The notes beneath the pieces are model-generated. The model did no database searches. It was given only the letters and a program-made list of their open reading frames with translations, and was not told the DNA's origin. The position numbers were made by a program, and so were the translations under genes. Positions 30,071-39,664 of a stretch of 64,000 nt of DNA are shown here, in pieces. The DNA is from Candidatus Latescibacterota bacterium (GTDB taxonomy: Bacteria; Latescibacterota; UBA2968; GCA-2709665). The stretch lies in assembly GCA_965205485.1 (NCBI GenBank), contig OZ242180.1, positions 2,592,001 through 2,656,000 of the forward strand, in the 5' to 3' direction. Numbering within the stretch: position 1 is the stretch's first letter; each line of letters starts with the position of its first letter.

Positions 30071-30155
30071 CGTTTTCGTCCTTCAGGCTGGAAGCGCCAA
30101 CGGGATCTTACCCGCGAACCAGGTAGCTTCCCGACGCGCGCCAGACCGGCGCCAC

Positions 30156-31166
30156 TTACAGCGGATCGACCCGGACCAGGGTTTCTTCATCAGTCTCGAT
30201 CCGGAGGGGATTCCTCAACGGTCTTCCAAAGCCGTTCCATGAGATGGCCATGACGTCTCCGTCTTCCAGTTCGACGTCGGCGCCGAAACTGAAGGCGTCG
30301 GCGCCGAAGAAGAAGACGTGAGCGTCGTCCGGCCGGCGATGCTGAGGGTACTTGAAATGGTGGTGCTCGAGGTTGGCCAGGCTGTGCGCCATGTTGGCCT
30401 CACCCGTCGCGATCGTCCTGGACCAGACGGCGATACCGTTTCGTTCGATCGAGACTTCTCCGTCGACGGCCTCAAAATCGGGTTCGAGTGTAAGTTCTGG
30501 GCCGATGGAGCAGGTCCGGAGCTTTGAGGGCGCCAGATACAGGTAGTTTTTCTTTTCGGTGACGTGGTCTGAGAATTCGTTGCCGATGGCGAGGCCGATG
30601 CGCCTGGGGTTGCCTTCCGAATCGATAATGTACGCCCCGGCGACTTCGGGTTCTTCGCCGCCGTCGCCCGCGAAGGCCGGCACGTCCAGGGGCTCGCCGT
30701 GCGCGCGCAGGATGGCTCCGGTCCCCTTGTAGAACCACTCCGGCGGGACGCCGACATTGCAGGACGCGGGTCTGCCTCCCGTCAGACCCCATTGGTACAT
30801 TCGCATGCTGTCGGTGATTTGCGTTTCGCCGCCCCCGTCGTGTTCGTGCATGGCCTGACGGTTGTCAACGCTGGCCCTGTGGGTCAATCCGGTCCCGGCC
30901 ACCAGGCAGCGCGCTGGCTCGCCCGGGTGATCGAACGCGGGCAGAAGGGTCCATTCCGACCGGCCGTGGTAGATCGCGTCGTAGTCCTGGAAGTTCCTTC
31001 CGAGCTGTGATTCAATCTCCGCGGCCAGCGCGACACCTGATTGCAGAACGAAGCTCGCCAGACCGTGAATTGACGTGTGTCCGTCGATCAGCCGGCATCG
31101 GTCGTCGTCGACCGCGGCAATGCGCCGACCCTCACGGGGATGAATCAGCTGTACCAGACTGAACAT
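30156..31166 (-). CDS. AraD1/GguC-like fumarylacetoacetate hydrolase family protein
   Basis: GTGLTH, TDSMRM, PEWFYKG, DGGEEPE, NEFSDH, NYLYLAPSKLR, LEHHHFKY. Confidence 0.88.
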   Translation of the reverse strand: MFSLVQLIHPREGRRIAAVDDDRCRLIDGHTSIHGLASFVLQSGVALAAEIESQLGRNFQDYDAIYHGRSEWTLLPAFDHPGEPARCLVAGTGLTHRASVDNRQAMHEHDGGGETQITDSMRMYQWGLTGGRPASCNVGVPPEWFYKGTGAILRAHGEPLDVPAFAGDGGEEPEVAGAYIIDSEGNPRRIGLAIGNEFSDHVTEKKNYLYLAPSKLRTCSIGPELTLEPDFEAVDGEVSIERNGIAVWSRTIATGEANMAHSLANLEHHHFKYPQHRRPDDAHVFFFGADAFSFGADVELEDGDVMAISWNGFGRPLRNPLRIETDEETLVRVDPL

Positions 31167-31215
31167 GGGAATTCCGGTGTGGTCACACGCCCGGCGCCAT
31201 CTGTTGATTTCGTCG

Positions 31216-33342
31216 TCAGGTATCCGATGGCGCCTGTAATTCACGCTCGGTGAGACCTGTGCGATTCGTGTGGATCAACGAAAGACCGTTGTAGGATACG
31301 TCTCCGCCGTCCAGTACAGCGACGCGGGCCGGTCGCTCCTCCCGAAACGAGAGAACGCAGACCTTCCCGTTGAAGGACAGGCCGTCGCATGCTACGGATC
31401 CTCCTTCCCTGCCGTATACCACGAGATCATCCCGGTTGCCGCTTTGAATCCGGACGCCGCGCGCGACTTCCGGGCGGCAGGTTCGTCCGTCGACGCTTAC
31501 CGTGCGCCGGGATACGTTGACGTCATCCGGTTCCGATTTGAACGGAACGAGCGCGACGTCGTACACAACGGCATTCGCGCCTTCGCCCCGGACCCATTTC
31601 TGCAGACCGATCCAGTAGCGGTTGGGGTATCTTCCGGGTGTGCCGTCCCGTGCCTCGTACGAGGTCCCGCGACGGACGTAGTGAATCTCCGAGGGTTGTG
31701 CGGGGACGACCTGCAACCCCGGCCGTCCCGCGGTGAGCATGCGGCTTCGGCTGCCTTGCCACCTGGCCGGGGAGTGGAGGTACCAGGTGTAGGCATGGTG
31801 TTGGGGACCTTCAAAAACTGCGTCGGATACGAGGAAATAGTCGGGTTTCAGAAACGTGACGCGCCGCTCGACGAGGGTGCCGTATCGCGCTACGTAAGCC
31901 CGGTGGGTTGCGGAAAAATAGTCCATCCTCTCTCCGGTCGCCCAGGCGACGTCCTCGCCGCGGTGATGTTCGCGGTCCATCGACGCGTCGTTGACCACAA
32001 CCTGGTTGTGGGCCTGTGGAGAACGAAAGTACTGATCGAGCGGGTTGTCGTAGGGCCCCCAGCGGGTGGCCTCCACGGCCAGCGGTTCTCCATGGGCGTA
32101 GAGCTCGAAATCGAGCAAGTCGTTATGGGTATGGCCTCCGCCCCATGGTCCATAGTTGACGATCAGATACCGTGCATCCTCACTCCAGTCCGAACGCATG
32201 ATGGCAAATCCCGACGGCCGATTGTCTACAGACGTATAGTCGGGTTTCTTCGGCCGGATTCGGGACGCGGATTCGATCCTGCCGCGCACGGGCCAGAGGT
32301 ATCGGCCGTCTCCGGTAAGTTCGGATGCTCGCCGCAATATGCCATCCTGCGGGCCGATGCCGCCGTCGTTGAATCCCTGGGACTCGCCCAGGGGGGAGGT
32401 GGTGGACAGAAACCAGTCGTACATCCGTACAAGGCCGGCGCGCAGGTCGGCTTCCATCGTGATGTAAGGGATCCTGTCCGAGAACGTCAGGAGATCCTCG
32501 CTGATGCGGGTACACCACGAGCCATAGCCTGAGGCGCGTTCGTGGTGGCAGCCGTCATCATAAAAGTCCCTGTCGACGTGCTCCAGGAGTCGCTTCACGC
32601 CGATATTGACCCAGCGTCGCGCCTCCCTGAATTCCGGGAAGAGGCCGCCGGCATAGACGAGCGCCCACGAGCCGCACATCTGCCAGTTCCCGCTGCGGTA
32701 GCCTTCCTCTTTTTCAAGGAGATAGAGCCAGCGTCCCGCGCCCAGAATGGATTTCAACATGCGTCGATGGGTGACGGGCCTCAGGATGCCGGTGGACCGG
32801 TACGCGAAATAGTGATCGATGAACCGCGGAGTTCGACCCCCCAGCCCGAGTTCGTAGAAAATGACGTCGTATCTGGCGGGGTTGTCAATGCTGTTACGCT
32901 GCTCGTACCACTGGTTGAACAGGTCGTCGAAACATTCCACGTAGCGGGGGTCGCCGGTCTGTCCGAAAGCGACCCGCAGGCAGTCGGACCATCCCCAGTA
33001 GTGGGTCCCGTAGATGCCCGAGCGCCCCCAGTTCGCATTGAAGTCGACTTTCTTTCCGAACTTGTACGTCAGGTCGTGCCAGCCCTGAATCTCGTGCGCG
33101 ACGACTCGTTCGGCCTCGCGAACGCGTTCAGGGTCCGGCTTGTCGCCGGTTGGCGCAACCATATTGAGGGGCTCTTTCCGTGCGGAAAAGTAATCGCCCC
33201 AGGCCGCGGCCGCCTGCTTCCATTTCCCTGCCTTCACCGCTTTTCGGACGGGCTTCAGGTCCGCCCGCTTCAGGTCGATCGCGGCGAAGAGGTCCTTGTT
33301 GGAGATGGAACGCATTCTTGACCGGCTGATTTCAGGAGGCAT
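31216..33342 (-). CDS. Heparinase II/III-like polysaccharide lyase family protein
   Basis: GNW, DG.HHE....Y, FND, SGFAIMRSDW, GGHTHNDLL, AHNQVVVN; start uncertain (33342 or 33315). Confidence 0.85.
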   Translation of the reverse strand: MPPEISRSRMRSISNKDLFAAIDLKRADLKPVRKAVKAGKWKQAAAAWGDYFSARKEPLNMVAPTGDKPDPERVREAERVVAHEIQGWHDLTYKFGKKVDFNANWGRSGIYGTHYWGWSDCLRVAFGQTGDPRYVECFDDLFNQWYEQRNSIDNPARYDVIFYELGLGGRTPRFIDHYFAYRSTGILRPVTHRRMLKSILGAGRWLYLLEKEEGYRSGNWQMCGSWALVYAGGLFPEFREARRWVNIGVKRLLEHVDRDFYDDGCHHERASGYGSWCTRISEDLLTFSDRIPYITMEADLRAGLVRMYDWFLSTTSPLGESQGFNDGGIGPQDGILRRASELTGDGRYLWPVRGRIESASRIRPKKPDYTSVDNRPSGFAIMRSDWSEDARYLIVNYGPWGGGHTHNDLLDFELYAHGEPLAVEATRWGPYDNPLDQYFRSPQAHNQVVVNDASMDREHHRGEDVAWATGERMDYFSATHRAYVARYGTLVERRVTFLKPDYFLVSDAVFEGPQHHAYTWYLHSPARWQGSRSRMLTAGRPGLQVVPAQPSEIHYVRRGTSYEARDGTPGRYPNRYWIGLQKWVRGEGANAVVYDVALVPFKSEPDDVNVSRRTVSVDGRTCRPEVARGVRIQSGNRDDLVVYGREGGSVACDGLSFNGKVCVLSFREERPARVAVLDGGDVSYNGLSLIHTNRTGLTERELQAPSDT

Positions 33343-33519
33343 GGATCGGGTCCTCGCACCTTGCACGTCTGGGTTGCAATCGCGGCTGCAAAATTAACGT
33401 AAAATTGGAAATCGTTCGCGGCAGGAATGTACGGTCGTTCAGGAGAAGTCAAGGACTAACCAGGATTCGTCGTTTTTCGGTGACGTTAGCGGGACCTCTC
33501 CCTCCAGCCCCTCAGAAGC

Positions 33520-33728
33520 GGTGAGACGTAAGACGGGAGAGGACCACACCCCACCCCGACACCGGGTGAGAGGGTAGACGGTAGACGGGAGAGATTACCT
33601 GCCTCGTGAGGATTCTCTTCGTGCCGAAGGCAATGAGGAATGACATACCGGGCAAGTATTTCTTCTACCGTCTACCGGCTCCCGTCTACCCGCTTTTGGT
33701 CTACCGTCTTCCCTCTGCCCTCTACCCG
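33520..33728. repeat. Family C structured repeat, copy 2 (33583-33669), within inverted GGTAGAC/GTCTACC-type heptamer tracts
   Basis: gtagacg-like repeats on the left, ctaccgt-like repeats on the right; core shared with 16680-16764. Confidence 0.7.
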
Positions 33729-33731
33729 CAT

Positions 33732-34439
33732 TCAGGCACGACCCAAGGCGTCTACGGAGTGCTGGATGACGCGTGCGGCGGACTCGAGGCAGGTTCGGCC
33801 CGTATTCACGACGACGTGATACAGGGCAGGATCGTCCCAGTCGAAGTGGTAGTTGTCTTTGAGGTAGGCGGCCCGGCGTCTGTCACTTTTCTGAATCAGT
33901 TCTCCGGCCTCTTTACGGGTACTCAGCTTCTGGCGTTCCATCACCACCTGGATGCGTCTTTCCATGGGAGCCACGGTGCGGACGTGCAGCGTATTGGGGT
34001 CATCCCGAAGGATCGCCTGGCCTCCACGGCCTACGATGATTACCCTGTCCCGTTTTCGAAGGCGTTGGACCGTGGCCTGAAGGAATCTGAGGTAGTCCCT
34101 CTGGTCCAGAAGGTGCTTTTCCTCGTTGACCGTAGCCTCGCCGGCCAGTAGCGCCGCCGATACCTCGTACGGAAACTCCAGCCCCCAGAGCATCGCCGGG
34201 GGTGTCGGTACGGACCGGGACGGAACGATCAGGCTGTGGATGAATCGTTTTACCGCACTCTGCGTCTGTTCGTCGAATTTCTCGACTTCGGATTCCGGCA
34301 CATTGGCTTCTCTCGCGACTTCCGTGATGAGGTTCTTGTCCACGAAGTCGTAGCTGAGAACTTCCGATGCCCGGCGCGCTACCAGATCGCCAATGCTGCC
34401 GAGCTGGCGTGAGACGGTAATGACGGCCACGCGAGTCAT
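33732..34439 (-). CDS. Cytidylate kinase-like family protein
   Basis: ITVSRQLGSIG, IIVGRGG, D.RR..Y, W.DP..Y..V.NT. Confidence 0.88.
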   Translation of the reverse strand: MTRVAVITVSRQLGSIGDLVARRASEVLSYDFVDKNLITEVAREANVPESEVEKFDEQTQSAVKRFIHSLIVPSRSVPTPPAMLWGLEFPYEVSAALLAGEATVNEEKHLLDQRDYLRFLQATVQRLRKRDRVIIVGRGGQAILRDDPNTLHVRTVAPMERRIQVVMERQKLSTRKEAGELIQKSDRRRAAYLKDNYHFDWDDPALYHVVVNTGRTCLESAARVIQHSVDALGRA

Positions 34440-34505
34440 CCTGTGCGGTGGGGCGACGGATCAGGAACGCACGGGCTCGCCCGGACTCCGCTGTTGAGAC
34501 CGCTT

Positions 34506-36326
34506 CTAAAAGTTGGAGTAGAAGAGATGCCGGTTGTCGATGATTTCCGCCTGGTCTTTAAGGTCGCTGAACCATGCCGCAAGGACTTCGTTCTGTTTCT
34601 CAGAACGCAGGCGCTGAACCAGTTCAGGGCCTGCCGCCTCGAATTCGGTTTCGTCAATCGGCTTTCTTTCCAGCACCTGCAGCACGTACGCGCCACGGTC
34701 CGTGGTGACCACGTCGCTGGTGGCTCCCTCTTCAAGCCGGAAGGCCGTGCCGGTAAACGCGTTCCTGCGGCCGACACCCTGAACGAATTCGTCGCGGCCG
34801 AAGGGTTTGGATTCGGCGAAGCGAACATTGCGATGGCCTGCCGCCTCTTCAAGGCTTTGTCCGGAACGAACGTCCTCGAGAAGCGGTACGACGCGCGCAG
34901 ATGCAATCCTGACTTTTTCGGCCGTCTTGAGTTTGGTTGAAATGCGATTGTGGACTTCGTCCAGCGGTTGCGGGCCCGCCTCGCGCCTCGCCACGAGGGC
35001 GAAGACATAGATGCCCTCTTCAGTCTCGTAAACTGGAGAGATCCTCCCCGGCGACGCCGTGAGGAAGGAATTCACCAGTCCGGACGTCCTGTTTCCCAAC
35101 AGTGGGAAAAACCCGCCCGCGGTGATAAAACCGGTGTCTTTCGCCTGCAGGCTCTGATCTGCCACCGCCGTCAGGAAGTCCGATTCTTCCGCCCGTTCCT
35201 GAAAGCGTTCGGCCTCGAGACGGAGGCTGTCCAGCGTGTCTCTGCCGGGACGGATTTTCAGAAGGATGTGCCTGGCGCGTACCTGGAGCCCGTCACCCTC
35301 GCCCTTGCGTTCCTCGACCTTTAGAACGTGCCAGCCGAACTGGGACCGAACGGGTTCTGAGACATCGCCCGGGCTGAGAGCAAAGGCCGCGTCCTCGAAT
35401 GGCTTTACCATCCTTCCGCGCCCGAAGAACCCGAGGTCTCCGCCCCTTTCCGCGCTGCCCGGATCATCCGAATTGCTTTCGGCCAGCGCGGCGAAGTCTC
35501 CACCGGCGCGGATTTCGGCGAGCACGTCGCGGATTTCGGCTTCGGCACCGGCTTCGTCCGCCGCGGAAGGTTTCTTCTCGAAGGCGACATACGAGGCATT
35601 GACGGCCGCTTCGCGGTGGAATTCGTCAAGGTGGTCTCCATAATAGGCGCGAATCCGATCATCCGGGACGGAAACCAGCGAGTCGGCGATGGAATAGGCC
35701 TCGACAGCCGCATAGGCGACGCGGACTTTCTCTTTCTGACGAACGAAAGCTTCCCGGACCTCCGCCGACGTCACCCGCACCCCGCCGGCGACCACTTCCT
35801 GCAGTTTGCTGATCAGAACGGCCTGTCTGACGGCGTATTCGGCGCTGAGTACGAACTGCTTTCTCTCGGGACTCGAGTAGGTGCCGGGATCGTCCAGAAA
35901 CCTGCCGTATTTATCCGGATCAAATTTTCCATCGGTTTGAAAGACTTCCTGGTTCTGCACCCATTCAACGGGCTGGTTCCGATTGATGAAGTTGACCTCA
36001 GCATCCGAAACCGCGATATCATGTTTCTCAATCTGCTGGGCGTACAGGATCTGTGCCACCATCTGGTCCCAGATCTGGCGGATGAGCTGGCCCTCTTCCG
36101 GTTCCGCGTTGTTCCGGGCTTTGGCCTGGCGTGAGGCGTCACGGAGCGCTTCGACGAATTGCTGGTGGCTGATCTTCTGACCGTTGATCACGCCCACGGA
36201 ATCACCCGGTCCGGCGCAGGTCATACCGCCGGCACCCCAGTCGAACACCATCAGCGCCACGAAGGAAATGGCCACGATCCACATCATGGCTTTGATGAGG
36301 ACCACGTTGCGCAGGTTTTTGAGCAT
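34506..36326 (-). CDS. SurA/PpiD-like parvulin peptidyl-prolyl isomerase
   Basis: N-terminal TM and SurA_N; FAALA...[36 protein letters not shown]. Confidence 0.92.
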   Translation of the reverse strand: MLKNLRNVVLIKAMMWIVAISFVALMVFDWGAGGMTCAGPGDSVGVINGQKISHQQFVEALRDASRQAKARNNAEPEEGQLIRQIWDQMVAQILYAQQIEKHDIAVSDAEVNFINRNQPVEWVQNQEVFQTDGKFDPDKYGRFLDDPGTYSSPERKQFVLSAEYAVRQAVLISKLQEVVAGGVRVTSAEVREAFVRQKEKVRVAYAAVEAYSIADSLVSVPDDRIRAYYGDHLDEFHREAAVNASYVAFEKKPSAADEAGAEAEIRDVLAEIRAGGDFAALAESNSDDPGSAERGGDLGFFGRGRMVKPFEDAAFALSPGDVSEPVRSQFGWHVLKVEERKGEGDGLQVRARHILLKIRPGRDTLDSLRLEAERFQERAEESDFLTAVADQSLQAKDTGFITAGGFFPLLGNRTSGLVNSFLTASPGRISPVYETEEGIYVFALVARREAGPQPLDEVHNRISTKLKTAEKVRIASARVVPLLEDVRSGQSLEEAAGHRNVRFAESKPFGRDEFVQGVGRRNAFTGTAFRLEEGATSDVVTTDRGAYVLQVLERKPIDETEFEAAGPELVQRLRSEKQNEVLAAWFSDLKDQAEIIDNRHLFYSNF

Positions 36327-36483
36327 GCGATAAACACCCTCCGATGGAAGGAAAGAAGGTGGCATATCGAGCCGCCGTCCGCCCTCGGATTTTCCGAATA
36401 ACTACATAACAACACAATAAATTATAGGAACGCGGATCTGCAGGCAAGTCTTTTCTGCCTGCCGGAAAAAAGCCGGTGCCGTC

Positions 36484-36512
36484 TTGACCCCGGCAAGCAA
36501 AATACCTATACT
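36484..36512 (+). promoter_or_regulatory. Putative sigma70 promoter for the M23 peptidase gene
   Basis: TTGACC-17 nt-TATACT. Confidence 0.55.
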
Positions 36513-36575
36513 GTGTCGCGCATGATCCCGCGATAAACAACCGATCGAGTTGCCGGATGGGGAGGTCCGATACCG

Positions 36576-38855
36576 ATGCGGCTGATCCTGCTGTTGTGTT
36601 GTCTCTGTCTTGTGGATTCCGGCATCGCGGAAGCCCGGGACTACCATTGGCCGATGGAGGCGCCGCCCGCCCTCACCTCTTCGTTCGGTGAATATCGGCC
36701 GCGGCGTTTCCATGCGGGGATCGACTTCAAGACCTGGGGGAAGGAAGGGTACCCCGTGCTGGCCGTTGACGACGGGTACGTCTGGCGGGTCCGGACATCG
36801 CCCTGGGGTTATGGAAAGGTGGTATACATCCGGTTGAAAGACGGCAGAACCGCGGTCTATGCGCATCTCTCGGGCTTTGCGCCCCGGGTACGGGACGTTG
36901 TCGAGGCGGAACAGGAGCGAAGGGGCTTTTACAGCGTTAATCTCTTCTTCAAGCCGAACCAGATTCAGGTCAAACGCGGGGAGACGCTCGGATATTCCGG
37001 CAGTACCGGCAGCGGGGCGCCGCATCTGCATTTTGAGATTCGCGACAGGAATCAGCGGCCTATCAACGGGCTGCTTCACGGTTTCGAGGTGAAGGACACC
37101 GTTGCGCCAACCGTACAATCCCTCGCGCTGATTCCAATGGACGCCGGGTCCCGCGTTTCTGACAAAGCGGACCCCGTGACGATCGGCGTGAAGTGGCGCC
37201 CCGAACTGAAGCGCTACGTCGCACGCAGCGTGCCCATGATCGCCGGGCGCATCGGCGTAAGCGTCAAGGCCTACGACCGGGCCGACGCAAGTGTACTCAG
37301 CAACCGCATCGCGCCTTACCGACTGCGGCTTTACGTAAACGGCCGTGAGGTCTTCGTAACCACGTACACAGTCTTCGCGTACAATCAGGTCAACCAGGTC
37401 GAACTGGATCGCAATTTCGCCCTGAAGGTTCGCGGCGCCGGGATCTATCACAACCTGTACCGCGCCGCGGGCAACCAACTTCCGATTTACGGGAAGTACA
37501 GGGTTGGCGACGGCGTCCTTCACGCGGGAATCTCAACCTCCGGCCGCGGTGTTGCCCTGAACCCGGGCAGAAATCGACTCCGGGTGTTGGTTGAAGACGT
37601 GGCCGGGAATCGTACCCGCGTGGATTTGGAGGTGATCGTGAACTCGGTTCCCCGCGTAATCAACGCGCGCGCTGAGTTCAACGGCGGTTCGGTTCGGATG
37701 CGTGCGCGAGTGCGGGACGAGAATCCGGAAACGGTCGTTGTGGAACGGTCTTCGAATGGCGGACGATCCTGGCGCCCCATAAAACTCGTCGAACCTGATT
37801 CGTCAGGCCGGGTTCGCGCGGAATTCTCTCACGTCCCGGATGCGGTCTACAGGGTTCGCGCCCGGGACCGTTTTCAGTCGGAAGGTTTTCAGGTCTGCGC
37901 GCCTGTTCCGCCGCCGGAGAGCGACCCAAAGCCGGGCCTGCTCGATTGCACCGTACGCTACTATTCCGACTTCGCCGTCTTGAAGATCGAGTCGAAAAAG
38001 CTGTTGTCGGCCGCACCGGACGTCACCCTGAGATGGCCCCCGAACAGCGAGACGGCGTCCGAGGTCATTCAGAGGAGTCTTTACGGCTACGAAACCATTG
38101 TACGATTCGATCCGGACGTGGAAGGGGAAGTTGCGGCAGTCCTGTCCGCGGTCGATTGGAAGGGCAATAGGGGGCGCAGCGTGGTACGCCTCGCGCAGAC
38201 GCCGGTGCGTCGGAGGGGTGCGGTCGTGCGGTCCCCCGACGGCATGGCGGAAGCCCGCTTTGACGCCGATGACGTCTACGGCCCATTCTTTGGACGCATC
38301 TCGGCCGTTCCGGGAAAAGGCTCGAAACGCCTGAAGATGGTTGGAACGCGTTTCCGGTTCGGTCCGGAGGACGTGCCGTTCCGGCGCAAGGTTGAAATCG
38401 TCCTCCGATACCCGGCGGACTTCGGCCGACCCGAGCGATTGGGAATCTATCGGTTGACCCGGGGCGGCGCCTGGGTATTCGTGGGCAACCGCGCCGTTCG
38501 GGGGCGCCCTGCCGTGGCTGCCGAAGTCTCGAGTTTTTCCACCTATGCGCTGTTGCTGGATGAGACGCCTCCCAGGGTGAGAATCCAGCGCCCGGAGCCG
38601 CGCGCGAAGGTTTCGGACAGACGGCCCGTGCTAGTCGCCGCGATAGGCGACCCGGGTTCGGGAATACGACGGGAAAAGGATATCCTCATGCTTCTGGACG
38701 GAAAACGGTTGATTGCGGAATACGATCCCGACGCGGGCCAGGTCAAGGCCCGGCCCAGGCAGCCGATAGCGGCCGGAATCCACAAGCTGGAGGTCATCGT
38801 AACCGACGCCTGCGGCAACCGGGCCCGGGCGGTGCGTTCGTTCACGGTTCGATAG
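36576..38855 (+). CDS. M23 family metallopeptidase (large, secreted)
   Basis: Signal peptide; FGEYR..RFHAGIDF, GYGK, YAHL, PHLHFEIR. Confidence 0.9.
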   Translation: MRLILLLCCLCLVDSGIAEARDYHWPMEAPPALTSSFGEYRPRRFHAGIDFKTWGKEGYPVLAVDDGYVWRVRTSPWGYGKVVYIRLKDGRTAVYAHLSGFAPRVRDVVEAEQERRGFYSVNLFFKPNQIQVKRGETLGYSGSTGSGAPHLHFEIRDRNQRPINGLLHGFEVKDTVAPTVQSLALIPMDAGSRVSDKADPVTIGVKWRPELKRYVARSVPMIAGRIGVSVKAYDRADASVLSNRIAPYRLRLYVNGREVFVTTYTVFAYNQVNQVELDRNFALKVRGAGIYHNLYRAAGNQLPIYGKYRVGDGVLHAGISTSGRGVALNPGRNRLRVLVEDVAGNRTRVDLEVIVNSVPRVINARAEFNGGSVRMRARVRDENPETVVVERSSNGGRSWRPIKLVEPDSSGRVRAEFSHVPDAVYRVRARDRFQSEGFQVCAPVPPPESDPKPGLLDCTVRYYSDFAVLKIESKKLLSAAPDVTLRWPPNSETASEVIQRSLYGYETIVRFDPDVEGEVAAVLSAVDWKGNRGRSVVRLAQTPVRRRGAVVRSPDGMAEARFDADDVYGPFFGRISAVPGKGSKRLKMVGTRFRFGPEDVPFRRKVEIVLRYPADFGRPERLGIYRLTRGGAWVFVGNRAVRGRPAVAAEVSSFSTYALLLDETPPRVRIQRPEPRAKVSDRRPVLVAAIGDPGSGIRREKDILMLLDGKRLIAEYDPDAGQVKARPRQPIAAGIHKLEVIVTDACGNRARAVRSFTVR

Positions 38856-38859
38856 GTAG

Positions 38860-39540
38860 ATGATACTGCCCATTAAAGATGACAATCCGACACGCCGCGC
38901 CCCCGTATTCACGGTGAGCATCCTGCTTCTGAATGTGGGGGTTTTCCTGTATTCGGTTTCCCTGGGGTCCATCGGTTTCGACGTCTTCACGTTGCGGATG
39001 GGACTGATCCCGTTTGAAGTCGCCCACGGTGTGGATGCCATCTCGCCAACGCCGATCCCGCTCTATCTCACGTTCCTGACGGCCCTGTTCATGCACGGCG
39101 GCTGGATGCATCTGGGCGGCAACATGCTCTATCTCTGGATTTTCGGGAACAACGTCGAAGATACGCTGGGAAGGCTTCGTTTTTTGCTGTTTTACGTGTT
39201 TTGCGGCGTGGCAGCCTCGCTGGGCCACGTTCTCTCCGATCCCGACTCGACGATACCGATGGTGGGCGCCAGCGGAGCGATCGCCGGTATTCTCGGGGCC
39301 TACCTGGCGCGGTTTCCCGGCGCCCGGGTGCATGTCTTCGTTTTCCTTCTCTTCTTTATCCAGATTGTGCGGGTGCCCGCGCTGCTCGTTCTGGGCGTCT
39401 GGTTTATCATCCAGCTGGTGAACGCGTCTGCCGAATCTGGAGGCGTGGGGGGCGGCGTGGCTTGGTATGCACATATCGGCGGGTTTATCGCGGGTTATCT
39501 GCTCATGCGCCGGTACGCCCGGCGATTCCAACGGAATTAG
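38860..39540 (+). CDS. Rhomboid intramembrane serine protease
   Basis: FMHGGWMHLGGNM, GASGA, AHIGGF. Confidence 0.95.
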   Translation: MILPIKDDNPTRRAPVFTVSILLLNVGVFLYSVSLGSIGFDVFTLRMGLIPFEVAHGVDAISPTPIPLYLTFLTALFMHGGWMHLGGNMLYLWIFGNNVEDTLGRLRFLLFYVFCGVAASLGHVLSDPDSTIPMVGASGAIAGILGAYLARFPGARVHVFVFLLFFIQIVRVPALLVLGVWFIIQLVNASAESGGVGGGVAWYAHIGGFIAGYLLMRRYARRFQRN

Positions 39541-39581
39541 GAACAGTCCGGTCGCGCCGAATCGAGAGGCGTCACAACAGA

Positions 39582-39622
39582 GACGGGCCGCCTGCGAAAT
39601 TCGGGCGGCCTGTCGTTTTTTT
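39582..39622 (+). terminator. Intrinsic terminator
   Basis: gacgggccgcc/ggcggcctgtc stem followed by a T-run. Confidence 0.7.
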
Positions 39623-39664
39623 CTGTACGTGCTCGCCTGATCTCCCTTCGCGCCGGCCTCCGGA

